A DNA stretch of 64,000 nt from Candidatus Marinacidobacterales bacterium (GCA_965219415.1 CBDCNP010000002.1:4768001-4832000); one strand, 5' to 3'; shown: positions 19,413 through 30,900, counted from the stretch's first letter. Numbers and translations are program-made. Notes: generated by a model from the letters alone, not told the origin.

Positions 19413-20679
19413 TCTGGGACTGGACTCTAGGGCCCGGACCGCCCTCGAGCACATGCTGGAGAGCGTGGTCAGCGCGCGAGGGAAGGTGCTGAGGACGAAC
19501 TTCTCGGCGACCAGCCGAGTAACGCGAGCGACCAAGCTGACTCAGGCTGCCTCTCGCCACTCGTATCGATGGTGCAGTCCATCGACTCGCGGCAGTGCGA
19601 CTACTTTCGCCGTAGGAGACGGTCGGTGCGTGACCGTTCTCAAGCTCGGTGTGTCCTTGTTCAGCCCCAAGTGGCAACGGTCCTCATGATAGTAGCTGAT
19701 GTAAGTTCGCACGAGCCGGATGAGATGACATGCACCGAGAACCACGACGTGCTCAAGGAGCTCGCGACGGCAGCTGCCGACCCACCGCTCCGCGGTTCCG
19801 TTTTGCCATGGGCTGCGAAACGAAGTGCGAACGGGTTTTGTGCCCGTTGCCTTGATGAACTCGATGACCGCAGCGTTAAAGATGAAGTCGCGATCGAAGA
19901 TGAGATATCTCGGAGCGGTGTCGTAGGGAAACGCCTCGCGTAGTTGCTGAATAACCCAAGCAGACGTCGGGTGGAACGTGGCGTTGAAGTGAACGATGTG
20001 CCGGCGACCGTGCTCGATGACGAAGAAGCCGTACAGCAGCCGGAGCGACGCGGTGGGCACGGTGAACAGATCCATGGCGGCGATATCGTCTTTATGGTTG
20101 CGCAAGAAAGCCATCCATCGTTTCAGCTGGTCGGGCTCCGCGGGACGCCGTGGCAGGTATCGCGACACCGTGATCTCGGAGATGATGAAACCGAGCTTGG
20201 TGAGCTCAGCATGGATGCGTGGCGCCCCCCAGCCGTCTTGCGCCATCGTGCGGACGAGGCGACGAATCTCGGCATCAATCCGAGGCCGACCGGGATGGCG
20301 GCGCTGCGAGATCTTTGCCCAGTACCGTCGGAATCGGTCGCGATGCCAACGGGCTACGGTGTCCGCGTGGACGATGAGCAGGCGGCTCGCCCACACGGGC
20401 CACGAACCTCGAAGGGCAACCCAGAAAACCCGTTCCGTGTCGTCGAGCGGTGGGCGTGGGCGCTCTTTCTTCAGCGCCGTCACTTGCTGCCGCAAAGTGA
20501 CGTTCTCCAACACCAGGTCGGCGCGGCGCCGACACATCGCCCGAATGGCACGGACGCCAAGTGAGACGAAGAAGACAACAACGTTGAGCATAGCGGCGGA
20601 GTTTCGCCGTCTTCGGCCCGGAATTCAAGCGGAGCGTAAGTCCTTGATTTCGTGGGCGGAGCAGTTTTGACGATGCACA
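19394..20679 (-). mobile_element. Complete 349-aa-family rve IS (TGT...ACA ends)
   Basis: Imperfect IRs TGTGCATCGTCA / TGTCCATCATCA; no target duplication. Confidence 0.88.
19542..20591 (-). CDS. Integrase-core (rve) DDE transposase, 349 aa
   Basis: WGAPRIHAEL, AMDLFTV, IFDRD, SPWQNGTAERWVGS. Confidence 0.92.
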   Translation of the reverse strand: MLNVVVFFVSLGVRAIRAMCRRRADLVLENVTLRQQVTALKKERPRPPLDDTERVFWVALRGSWPVWASRLLIVHADTVARWHRDRFRRYWAKISQRRHPGRPRIDAEIRRLVRTMAQDGWGAPRIHAELTKLGFIISEITVSRYLPRRPAEPDQLKRWMAFLRNHKDDIAAMDLFTVPTASLRLLYGFFVIEHGRRHIVHFNATFHPTSAWVIQQLREAFPYDTAPRYLIFDRDFIFNAAVIEFIKATGTKPVRTSFRSPWQNGTAERWVGSCRRELLEHVVVLGACHLIRLVRTYISYYHEDRCHLGLNKDTPSLRTVTHRPSPTAKVVALPRVDGLHHRYEWREAA

Positions 20680-20819
20680 AGCCGACCATGGCGAGTCTAA
20701 AACGCGCAATCAACGCTGGATCGACTTTTTGCGGAGCACACCACTGACATTAGCATTCAAATGCCTCTAGCGGCGTAGCAGCCTTTGATGGCAGAAGCAC
20801 CACCTGCTAGCATCCGCCC

Positions 20820-21179
20820 ATGATCGCAAACCATATCAAGGCGCTCTTGTTTGTCACGATTTTGGTGGCCGCGTTTTGGGAGTTCTTGGCACTAAGCTCC
20901 CAAACGCCTCCGTCGTTCGATGTTGTCATCGCAGGAGGACGCATCGTTGACGGTACCGGTGCTCCCTGGTTCCTCGGAGACGTTGGGATTACCGATGGTC
21001 GTATCGTCGCTATGGGACGCCTTGATGAAGCAAACGCTGCCGAGCGCATCAACGCGCGGGGACTCGTCGTGGCGCCCGGCTTCATTGACATGTTGGGTCA
21101 GTCGGAATTCAACATTCTCGTGGATGGTCGGGCCGCGAGCAAGATTATGCAGGGCATCACAACCGAAATTACGGGAGAG
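20820..21179 (+). pseudogene. D-aminoacylase/amidohydrolase N-terminal fragment cut by MITE C
   Basis: DVVIAGGRIVDGTGAP...DVGI, VAPGFID, QGITTEITGEG. Confidence 0.85.
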
Positions 21180-21344
21180 GGGGCTTCCATCGCAAGTGTT
21201 GGTGAGATGGCGCTAAGACTTTACGCTGCATTAAATTACAGCCCAAATAGCGCTCACGACCTTCGCCGCGCGCTAAATGGAGCGTAAGCGCTTTTTTTGC
21301 AAAGGGATACATACACATCACCAACAGCAAACAGCGCAAGCACC
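21180..21344. mobile_element. MITE C (copy 2, inverted, one end degenerate)
   Basis: Reverse-complement match to 16550-16715. Confidence 0.8.
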
Positions 21345-21488
21345 GTTTGAGCCTGATTTCCGGAGACGCAGCTCTTTCGGCGATGCGGGCTGGGCTGACC
21401 ACACGGTGCCTGACGTTCAGGGGCACCTTCGTGTGCACGCCGACACAGGCAGGCCAGCTGACATTAGCATTCAAACACGGCGTAGCAA

Positions 21489-22953
21489 CATATCTGGACT
21501 CCTCTAGTCACGCCCCTTTCTTTCTAGTCACGCCCCTTTCTTTCTAGTCACGCCCCTTTCTTAATAAATCTTCCATCGAAGCTGCGCATCCATCGCGTCG
21601 TGACGAGTGGGTCAGACTGCAAACGTATCTTCGGCCTCAGTGAGGAGCGTCTTGGGTGCTCCGGGCCATGATGGAAAATCCGCGCGCGAGGAGCCAATCA
21701 CTTTGAACGACCTCTTAGGGCCAGTGTTGCTATTGGCTTGACCCCGCGCCGGTCCGACCGGTACGCCATCAGTTGGATGGGTATCGTCGCAGCCTCTTTT
21801 GGAAGGGAAAAAGGAAAACACGAAAGTGGAGCCTCTAAATCTAAGCGGCCACCGGCGACTGGAATTCACTCTCGCGGGTGGAGACGGCCCAGACGATCCG
21901 GGCGAGTTTGTTGGCGACAGCAATCACGGCCTTGTTGTGTCCCCGCGAGCGGTGGACCTTCCGAGCCCAGGCGCGGAGCTTGTCGGGTGGGCTCTTGCTG
22001 ACGTTCGCCGCGCGGAGCACGGCGCGCCCGCCCTGGGTGAGGAGCATACGGAGGTAGGAGTCGCCACGCTTGGTGATGCGTCCGAGGCGGCGAATGTCGC
22101 CACTGGAGTTTTCCTTGGGAACTAGGCCGAGGTAGCTCGAGAAGCGGCGCCCCGATGGGAAGCGGCGAAGATCGCCGACGAAGCCCACGATGGCGGTCGC
22201 GGCCAGAAGTCCGATGCCGGGAATGGCGAGAAGTCGTTGGACTTCAGGAAGCTGCTTGGTGAGCGCCTTGAGCTCGTGCTCGATGCTAGCGCACTTGTCC
22301 TTGAGTTCTCGAATCTCGGAGCAGGCATCACGGAGATGCGAACGGAGCACGTCGGGCAAATCAGAATCAGCGTCTTCGACGAGTTCGAAGAGGGCGGGCA
22401 CGACGAAGTGAGCGCCCTTTGGGATGATGAATCCGAGTTCGCGCAGGAGCCCGCGTACGGCATTGATGCGTGCGGTCCGTGTGGAGAGCCATCCTGAGCG
22501 CAGGCGATGGAGCGCGGCGAGGGTGTGCTGGTGCACGGACTTGATGGGTACGGGAAGAAGCTCCTCGTTCCTGTAGGCCTCGAGCAACGCCTTCGTGTCG
22601 GCGCGGTCGTTCTTGCTCCCGCGTCGATACGGCCTCACGAGGTGAGGTGGGAGCAGGACGACGTCGTGTCCCAATCTTCGGAACGTCCTTGCCCAGAAGT
22701 GAGCCGAGCCGCAGGCTTCGAGAAGCACGGTGGCAGCGCTCTGTTTGGCAAAGAACGACACCAATTTGGGTCGACTCACACGGAGTTGCTTGGACACCTT
22801 CCCCGCTTCTCCCGAGATGGCAATCTCGAAGACGTTCTTTGCAAGATCCACAGCGATTGTCGTATCTTTCATTCGGACTCCTCCTTTTCGATGCGTATTC
22901 GACTGACTTTGGCACATCGATGCCGTCTATGTCAGTGGAGGAGTCCATTCCAT
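21489..22953 (-). mobile_element. IS110-family (IS1111 subgroup) element, copy 2, in the IR of a MITE B
   Basis: Near-identical to 891-2335; flanks rejoin to GGTGCTTCCGCCATCAAGTGTTGCTACG. Confidence 0.92.
21841..22872 (-). CDS. IS110-family DEDD transposase/recombinase
   Basis: Same protein as 972-2003. Confidence 0.95.
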   Translation of the reverse strand: MKDTTIAVDLAKNVFEIAISGEAGKVSKQLRVSRPKLVSFFAKQSAATVLLEACGSAHFWARTFRRLGHDVVLLPPHLVRPYRRGSKNDRADTKALLEAYRNEELLPVPIKSVHQHTLAALHRLRSGWLSTRTARINAVRGLLRELGFIIPKGAHFVVPALFELVEDADSDLPDVLRSHLRDACSEIRELKDKCASIEHELKALTKQLPEVQRLLAIPGIGLLAATAIVGFVGDLRRFPSGRRFSSYLGLVPKENSSGDIRRLGRITKRGDSYLRMLLTQGGRAVLRAANVSKSPPDKLRAWARKVHRSRGHNKAVIAVANKLARIVWAVSTRESEFQSPVAA

Positions 22954-22973
22954 CACTTGATGGCGGAAGCACC

Positions 22974-23553
22974 GCTTCGCCTTCCCGTCACCGTCGATGG
23001 CCAGAGCCGAGACCAGACTTCGATTGTAACGAAGACCCAACTCGGTGTCTTCTTGTTGCTCGCGAACGTGCGAATCTCGTCGGCTTGAAGCTCTTCGGCA
23101 GCGAAGCCAGCGATCCTTCTGTGATTGAATCGACGACACACTTGGGCTGCCTTCTCGAGCCAGCGGGCGACGGTGTTCCAGGCAATCCCTTTGATCCGGG
23201 AAATCGCGGAAATGCTGACACCCTCGACTCTGAGAGCGATGACCCCATCGAAAGTAGCTCTTCGATGTTGGAGACGGTAGTAGGGCGTGCCTTTCGTCGA
23301 AGAGAACGTCTTTCCGCACTCGCCGCACCGGTATCGACGGCGTTTCCCGGACCTGGTTCGGTAGAATCCGTGGCGAACGATGTTTCCGGAACTGACTTTG
23401 CCCCGCAACGGACATGCGAGATTGAGACATCTGCGATTCTTCACTTTGGCTCGGCCCTGACGATGAGAGAACTGTGTCTTCGGAATTCTGGTTCAAACTC
23501 TAGCACGCAGACCGGTTAGGGGCTGGCCGCCAACACTTAATTGCGGAAGCACC
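22974..23553 (-). pseudogene. 5' half of the IS1-family element (truncated transposase)
   Basis: Matches ~7072-7651; cut by an IS1-type IR ending at 22973. Confidence 0.88.
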
Positions 23554-23870
23554 GTCCGGGCCCTAGAGTCCAGTCCCGGACCAATAATGATGATGGACAG
23601 GACGTCGGACCGCGCTGGACGGCAGTCGGACTCACGTGGGACGGTGCCGCCGTGATACGGTTGATCACCGTGCCGAGTTCATGCAGGCGGGGAGCGGGAC
23701 GCAAGCGCCGTGACGCGCGACGGCGCGGCTGAAGCAGTTCCGCCTGAACCCCGACGACTGGAAATAGCCCCATGACCATTCCGGACCCCTTGCCCTCGGA
23801 TCTGCTGCTTGACAACGCTCTGGAGCGAGCGCAGAAGGAGAAGCGGACGGTGTCGGAGTTGCTGTTCGAG

Positions 23871-24676
23871 GGTATTGTCAAGTTGACGTTGAGCGAGCGA
23901 ACCTATCGCGTCGAGCTGACTTCCTTTGCTCTCATCGGACGGCACAGGTTACCTCCTGCCAGACGATGAAAGCGCGGTCTCGTAGCTCCCGATGATGATG
24001 CGCTTGCAACAAATGCCGTCCGACGCGAAAGAGATTTTGCACGAGTCCATGCACGGTCAAGAATCGTTGCGCCTGCCCAGGAGCTTTAAACTTCCGCATC
24101 TGTCGTTCCCGTTGTCGCGTCGGTTCGTGCGAGACTTCGGCTAGGTTGTTTCTGTACTGGTCAGTGTCGTGGACGACGGACGGCATGACCTCGCGGTGAG
24201 CGGCGCTGTAGCTTCTCAGTTTGTCGGTGACCAGCTGCCAGGGCGGACGGCCTTGCCCCTTCAACAGCTTGCGGAAGAATCGTTTGGCGGCTTTCTGATC
24301 ACGGCGAGGCTGGACGAGGATATCGATTACATCACCATCTTGGTCTACCGCGCGCCAGAGGTATTGGCGTTCACCTTGTATCTTTATGAAGACCTCGTCC
24401 AGGTGCCATGTGTCACCGAGACGACCCTGCCGACGCTTCAGTCGCCGAGCGTATTCCGGCCCGAACTTAATGCACCACAGTCGGACCGCTTCGTAAGAAA
24501 CCGTGATGCCTCGCTGAGCGAGCAACTCTTCGACGTTTCGAAAGCTCACGCAGAATCGGTGGTAGAGCCAGACGGCGTGGCTGATGATTTCCGGTGGAAA
24601 TCGATAGCCGTGGTAGCTTGGCGCATCGGTCTTCATTGGACCATTCTGTCAGTCACCAGCTCAATTTGACAATACC
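23871..24676 (-). mobile_element. IS6-family element
   Basis: IRs GGTATTGTCAAGTTGA / GGTATTGTCAAATTGA. Confidence 0.9.
23932..24636 (-). CDS. IS6-family transposase
   Basis: YRFPPEIISHAVWLY, WHLDEVF, YLWRAVDQDG, VTDKLRSY, NNLAEVSH. Confidence 0.95.
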   Translation of the reverse strand: MKTDAPSYHGYRFPPEIISHAVWLYHRFCVSFRNVEELLAQRGITVSYEAVRLWCIKFGPEYARRLKRRQGRLGDTWHLDEVFIKIQGERQYLWRAVDQDGDVIDILVQPRRDQKAAKRFFRKLLKGQGRPPWQLVTDKLRSYSAAHREVMPSVVHDTDQYRNNLAEVSHEPTRQRERQMRKFKAPGQAQRFLTVHGLVQNLFRVGRHLLQAHHHRELRDRAFIVWQEVTCAVR

Positions 24677-24909
24677 CTCAAGTCCCTGAGCAAGCTCACG
24701 ATCCCAGGGAAGGCCACCCCCTGCTGTCCCATCTGGCCAAGCAAGCCGTCGACAGCTTTCGCAGTTTCGAAGAGGCACTCGTCACCGAAGACCAGGAGTA
24801 CGACGTCATCGCGCTCCCCGAGCAGCGTCGTTGGCAACCGGTACCGCGAGACTAGCGAGTTCCAAGGACTCGCGCAGTCAGACTTGTCTCATCTCATCGC
24901 CGCCGCGTC

Positions 24910-25161
24910 TTATTGCTTCGCTGTCTTCTTCGCCTTCTCTGCCGCTTTGGCTTCCCGCACCTTTGCCTTCTCCGCCGCTTTGGCCTTGGCTTCCCGCACC
25001 TTTAGCCACGCCCGGACCTCCCGCAGACGGAATTGAGACGCCACGCCGCGCCCTCTAGTGTGGACCGGCATCCCAGACCGCTCCCATTTTGTTACCATCT
25101 GTTTATCGACGCCCAAATGCTCGGCTAGTTCCGACCTCGTCAACACTCGCGCTTTGGCCAT
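24910..25161 (-). CDS. Small HTH protein, Nu1/terminase small subunit-like
   Basis: ELAEHLGVDKQMVTKWERSGMP...FRLREVRAWL; RBS GGAGGAGG; duplicated KVREAKA tail. Confidence 0.55.
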   Translation of the reverse strand: MAKARVLTRSELAEHLGVDKQMVTKWERSGMPVHTRGRGVASQFRLREVRAWLKVREAKAKAAEKAKVREAKAAEKAKKTAKQ

Positions 25162-25356
25162 AGTCCTCCTCCAAATGGCACTGTCCCCTTCTGCATTGAA
25201 AGACGCTCCTAGGGTACTACGGTTTCCCCTTGAACGAAGGATTCCAATTCCTTTACTTCATTTCCACTCCTTTTGAAGGTAGCTCGTGTCCCGTCAATTC
25301 ATGACACTGATGGTCTATTTCAAAAGGGCCGAGTTTTGGCACAGGACGGGGAACAC

Positions 25357-26652
25357 TTAGATCGCGATGCCTTTCAATTTACGATAGAGATCGAGTGCAA
25401 ATCGGTCTGTCATTCCCGAAATGAAGTCGGTTACTCGCAACCAAGATTCGTACCGGCTAGTTACGCCTAAGAACTGATTGGGGATAAGACGGGCCAGCAT
25501 TTGGTGCCGATCTGATAATTTCGAAAGGTTCCATCCCACATGTTCTATTTCGACGACAACGGGAAGGAATAAATCCAACAGGCCGCAAATTATTTTCGAG
25601 CCCGCTATCTCGATCGTTGCATTTCGTTCTGACCAATAAATTTGTTTTCTCGCAATTGATTTCGCCTCGTCGATATTCTCCTTGTACGGAGTATCGGCAA
25701 TTAGCTCCTTTGTGTATTGCCCTCTTAATAATGCCTCTTCATTTTCTAAAAATGCTACAGATGCTGAGTTGACGAGTTCGCCAATTGCGACAGCACGTAG
25801 CTTACCTATAATTTCCGAGTTAGCCATATCCGACGAAAAGCTTGCCACTTTCGCAATAGGACTCAACAAATCTCTTGCTTCATCAAAAGTGAGATACCCA
25901 AGCGCAAAACCATCTTCTATGTCGACAATCGCGTAGCAAATGTCGTCCGCCGCCTCCACGAGAAACGCGAGCGGATGACGGCACCAGTAGTGCAGTTGCA
26001 TGCTACGCTCTATTAGACCCACCCCGGAAGCAATTTGTTCGAAATAGCTTCGTTCGGATTCAAAGAAACCAAACTTCTTCCCGCCGATATATGAATCATT
26101 GGAGATCGGATGGGTCACAGACGAGCGAGGGTATTTCGCAAATGTGCCAAGTACGGCGTAGGTCAACTGCAGCCCACCAGACCAACGGTGATTTTCGAGC
26201 TGCGTCAGAATACGAAAGCCTTGAGCATTGCCTTCAAAATATTTTAAGTCATTCTTTTCACGTCTTTCATATCCCGCCCAAATATCGTCGACGATTGTCC
26301 TGAAGAATTAAACCATTCGCCTACTGTATCTTCCCCACTATGGCCGAATGGAGGGTTGCCGATGTCGTGGGCGAGACAGGCTGCTTGCACGATGTCCCCG
26401 AACGTATCGGGGGTTATCTGAGGATTGCCCAGTTTGACCGCGATCTTCGTTCCAATGATCGTACCCATAGACCTGCCAACCGATGCAACCTCGATACTAT
26501 GGGTCAGCCTCGTACGAACGTGATCGTTGTCGGATAGAGAGTGTACCTGTGTCTTGTGAGCAAGCCGTCTAAACGCAGCGGAGAAGACTACGCGGTCGAG
26601 ATCCTGTTGGAACGGGCTGCGCCCCGGTTGTGATTCGGCAGCTGGACGGCGT
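25357..26652 (-). pseudogene. dgt: dGTP triphosphohydrolase (HD family), frameshifted near 26250 and 5'-truncated by an IS
   Basis: FRRLAHKTQV, RTRLTHSIEV, LAHDIGNPPFGHSGE, then a different frame FEGNAQGFR, EAADDICY, DFISGMTD. Confidence 0.9.
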
Positions 26653-27929
26653 TGTGCATCGTCAAAACTGCTCCGCCCACGAAATCAAGGACTTACGCTC
26701 CGCTTGAATTCCGGGCCGAAGACGGCGAAACTCCGCCGCTATGCTCGACGTTGTTGTCTTCCTCGTCTCACTTGGCGTCCGTGTCATTCGGGCGATGTGT
26801 CGGCGCCGCGCCGACCTGGTGTTGGAGAACGTCGCTTTGCGGCAGCAAGTGACGGCGCTGAAGAAAGAGCGCCCACGCCCACCGCTCGAAGACACGGAAC
26901 GGGCTTTCTGGGTTGCTCTTCGAGGTTCGTGGCCCGTGTGGGCGAGCCGCCTGCTCATCGTCCACGCGGACACCGTGGCCCGTTGGCATCGCGACCGATT
27001 CCGACGGTACTGGGCAAAGATCTCGCAGCGCCGCCATCCCGGTCGGCCTCGGATTGATGCCGAGATTCGCCGCCTCGTCCGCACGATGGCGCAAGACGGC
27101 TGGGGGGCGCCACGCATCCATGCTGAGCTCACCAAACTCGGTTTCATCATCTCCGAGATTACGGTGTCGCGATACCTGCCGCGGCGTCCCGCGGAGCCCG
27201 ACCAGCTGAAGCGATGGATGGCTTTCTTGCGCAACCATAAAGACGATATCGCCGCCATGGATCTGTTCACCGTGCCCACCGCGTCGCTCCGGCTGCTGTA
27301 CGGCTTCTTCGTCATCGAGCACGGCCGTCGGCACATCGTTCACTTCAACGCCACCTTCCACCCGACGTCTGCTTGGGTTATTCAGCAACTGCGTGAGGCG
27401 TTTCCCTACGACACTGCTCCGAGATATCTCATCTTCGATCGCGACTTCATCTTTAACGCTGCGGTCATCGAGTTCATCAAGGCAACGGGCACAAAACCCG
27501 TTCGCACTTCGTTTCGCAGCCCATGGCAAAACGGAACCGCGGAGCGGTGGGTCGGCAGCTGCCGTCGCGAGCTCCTTGAGCACGTCGCGGTTCTCGGTGC
27601 ATGTCATCTCATCCGGCTCGTGCGAGCTTACATCAGCTACTATCATGAGGACCGTTGCCACTTGGGGCTGAACAAGGACACACCGAGCTTGAGAACGGTC
27701 ACGCACCGACCGTCTCCTACGGCGAAAGTAGTCGCACTGCCGCGAGTCGGTGGACTGCACCATCGATACGAATGGCGAGAGGCAGCCTGAGTCAGCTTGG
27801 TCGCTCGCGTTACTCGGCTGGTCGCCGAGAAGTTCGTCCTCAGCACCTTCCCTCGCGCGCTGACCAGCATGTGCTCGAGGGCGGTCTGGGCCCTAGAGTC
27901 CAGTCCCGGATTAATAATGATGATGGACA
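26653..27929 (+). mobile_element. Complete 349-aa-family rve IS joining dgt to the CRISPR trailer
   Basis: TGTGCATCGTCA ... TGATGATGGACA ends. Confidence 0.88.
26741..27790 (+). CDS. Integrase-core (rve) DDE transposase, 349 aa
   Basis: Near-identical to 19542-20591. Confidence 0.92.
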   Translation: MLDVVVFLVSLGVRVIRAMCRRRADLVLENVALRQQVTALKKERPRPPLEDTERAFWVALRGSWPVWASRLLIVHADTVARWHRDRFRRYWAKISQRRHPGRPRIDAEIRRLVRTMAQDGWGAPRIHAELTKLGFIISEITVSRYLPRRPAEPDQLKRWMAFLRNHKDDIAAMDLFTVPTASLRLLYGFFVIEHGRRHIVHFNATFHPTSAWVIQQLREAFPYDTAPRYLIFDRDFIFNAAVIEFIKATGTKPVRTSFRSPWQNGTAERWVGSCRRELLEHVAVLGACHLIRLVRAYISYYHEDRCHLGLNKDTPSLRTVTHRPSPTAKVVALPRVGGLHHRYEWREAA

Positions 27930-30900
27930 GGCCGCGTTCTCATGAACGCGGAAACGGTTCGTGAGCTCGCAATCGCTCGCGATCGGTACAGCTTCAATGG
28001 GGCCGCGTTCTCATGAACGCGGAAACCGCCGGGAAAACGGAAAGTTTTCGGTATTCAGTTTTTGTACGCTTCAATGGGGCCGCGTTCTCATGAACGCGGA
28101 AACACGTAGCCGACACTTGAAACGCATCCCCACACCGTCTGCGCTTCAATGGGGCCGCGTTCTCATGAACGCGGAAACAACGCGGGGCGTTCGACAACGC
28201 CGTTGCCTATAGTACGGGGCTTCAATGGGGCCGCGTTCTCATGAACGCGGAAACGGGGCCTTCTGGCTGCCGTACACAACGGCCTCGGGTGGCTTCAATG
28301 GGGCCGCGTTCTCATGAACGCGGAAACCCGACGCAGACGGTGCAGGACGAGACCCTGCAAGCCGGCTTCAATGGGGCCGCGTTCTCATGAACGCGGAAAC
28401 CCGGGTCCGTGCTCCTCGCAGTGCAATCCAGCACTAAAGGGCTTCAATGGGGCCGCGTTCTCATGAACGCGGAAACCTGATCAGAACGCCGAGGACAAGG
28501 AAAGTGTGGTGCGCTTCAATGGGGCCGCGTTCTCATGAACGCGGAAACAGCGTGACACCCTTCGTCACCGAGGCCGAGAAGCTGTTGGGCTTCAATGGGG
28601 CCGCGTTCTCATGAACGCGGAAACGCGAGGCCGCGACCTCGCCGGAAAGCCCAGCGCGGGTTCGCTTCAATGGGGCCGCGTTCTCATGAACGCGGAAACA
28701 AGTCTGCGCCCGTGCAGTGGCGCGAGGTCGATTTCCTCGCTTCAATGGGGCCGCGTTCTCATGAACGCGGAAACCGTTGAGGCCGAACCCACCGCCGAAG
28801 AGCAGGAAATGATGCTTCAATGGGGCCGCGTTCTCATGAACGCGGAAACTCAAACATTCAGCCGGGAGTTACTCCCATAGAGGTAGGCTTCAATGGGGCC
28901 GCGTTCTCATGAACGCGGAAACCCGTCCGAGTCTTCGACCGAACACACACTCTGGACCACGCGCTTCAATGGGGCCGCGTTCTCATGAACGCGGAAACGA
29001 GAGGTAGTCAAGCGTCATCCAGTGCTCGATCTTTTGCTTCAATGGGGCCGCGTTCTCATGAACGCGGAAACGCACTGGACAAAGACCTTCCGCGACATGG
29101 AGGAGATGACGCTTCAATGGGGCCGCGTTCTCATGAACGCGGAAACCAGACCGGCCAGACCCTGATCGATTCCCATTCCGAAGCTTCAATGGGGCCGCGT
29201 TCTCATGAACGCGGAAACAAGTCGGTGGCAGCGATGTTGTAGTCAGCGCGGATGTTGCTTCAATGGGGCCGCGTTCTCATGAACGCGGAAACCGGTCGCG
29301 GCCGTGGTCTCCGTGACGTTGGCATCGTGCGCGCTTCAATGGGGCCGCGTTCTCATGAACGCGGAAACAGAACGTCCAGGTATACACGACGGACTTTCCC
29401 GTGGTCGCTTCAATGGGGCCGCGTTCTCATGAACGCGGAAACATGGCTCCTTAACCGTGATGGCGAGTTCGTCGCCAACGCTTCAATGGGGCCGCGTTCT
29501 CATGAACGCGGAAACAAGCTCTTCAAGTCGCGCAACCCTCTGGAGTGGGAGATGGTGCTTCAATGGGGCCGCGTTCTCATGAACGCGGAAACAGGTCAAC
29601 AACGCTTATCGTACGGAGCGCGGGGCGTTCGAGCTTCAATGGGGCCGCGTTCTCATGAACGCGGAAACGAGATAGCGGGGCGCGAAGCTGCGGAAGAAAC
29701 CCGGCTTCAATGGGGCCGCGTTCTCATGAACGCGGAAACGGGAACATCATCGCCATAGGCGACCTACCTGCAAGTAAGTTGCTTCAATGGGGCCGCGTTC
29801 TCATGAACGCGGAAACGTAATGAAACCAATGTGGGCGTGGGCCATGCAAGCGTGCTTCAATGGGGCCGCGTTCTCATGAACGCGGAAACGCGCTCGTAAT
29901 CAACCTGAGCCTCAATCTGGCCGCGTGGCTTCAATGGGGCCGCGTTCTCATGAACGCGGAAACGTACATGCACGCTCTGATGGGCTTCTAGATGGGCGAC
30001 GAAGCTTCAATGGGGCCGCGTTCTCATGAACGCGGAAACTTGTCATGATGAGAGCATAATACAGCATAATTTCTATGCTGTGCTTCAATGGGGCCGCGTT
30101 CTCATGAACGCGGAAACTAGGACCGGTGCAGCGAGCGTATGAACCTGGGGCCATGATGCTTCAATGGGGCCGCGTTCTCATGAACGCGGAAACGCCGGAA
30201 GTGGTGAACGATGGCCCGGATAAGGAGCGAGCTTCAATGGGGCCGCGTTCTCATGAACGCGGAAACGTCTAATCTTCATGCTTCACCATGTCAGATTCAC
30301 GCGCTTCAATGGGGCCGCGTTCTCATGAACGCGGAAACAGGCGAGACGCCTTGCAACCGGCCCCCCGACCCCGAATCGCTTCAATGGGGCCGCGTTCTCA
30401 TGAACGCGGAAACAGGACTTCGAAAGCTCGTTACGGGTCGGTAAGGAAAGGCTTCAATGGGGCCGCGTTCTCATGAACGCGGAAACAGGAAGGGCGTTGC
30501 CTCCGGAGCCGTAGACTTGCACCACGCTTCAATGGGGCCGCGTTCTCATGAACGCGGAAACTACTCAAGAATTGTCACCGCCGAATTGTGGCTGCCTGGC
30601 TAGCTTCAATGGGGCCGCGTTCTCATGAACGCGGAAACCGAACTGAACATCTGGTGCGGCGGGACGCTGCACACCTAGCTTCAATGGGGCCGCGTTCTCA
30701 TGAACGCGGAAACCTCACGCCGCCCGGTTCCCGACGCGCTCTGATTGAACAGCTTCAATGGGGCCGCGTTCTCATGAACGCGGAAACCCGATTGAGCGCT
30801 CCGAGCCCGCCGTTGTAGGAGCTGAGCATGCTTCAATGGGGCCGCGTTCTCATGAACGCGGAAACCCTCAAAAGCAAGTGTGTGCTGTAGCCGGTTCGGG

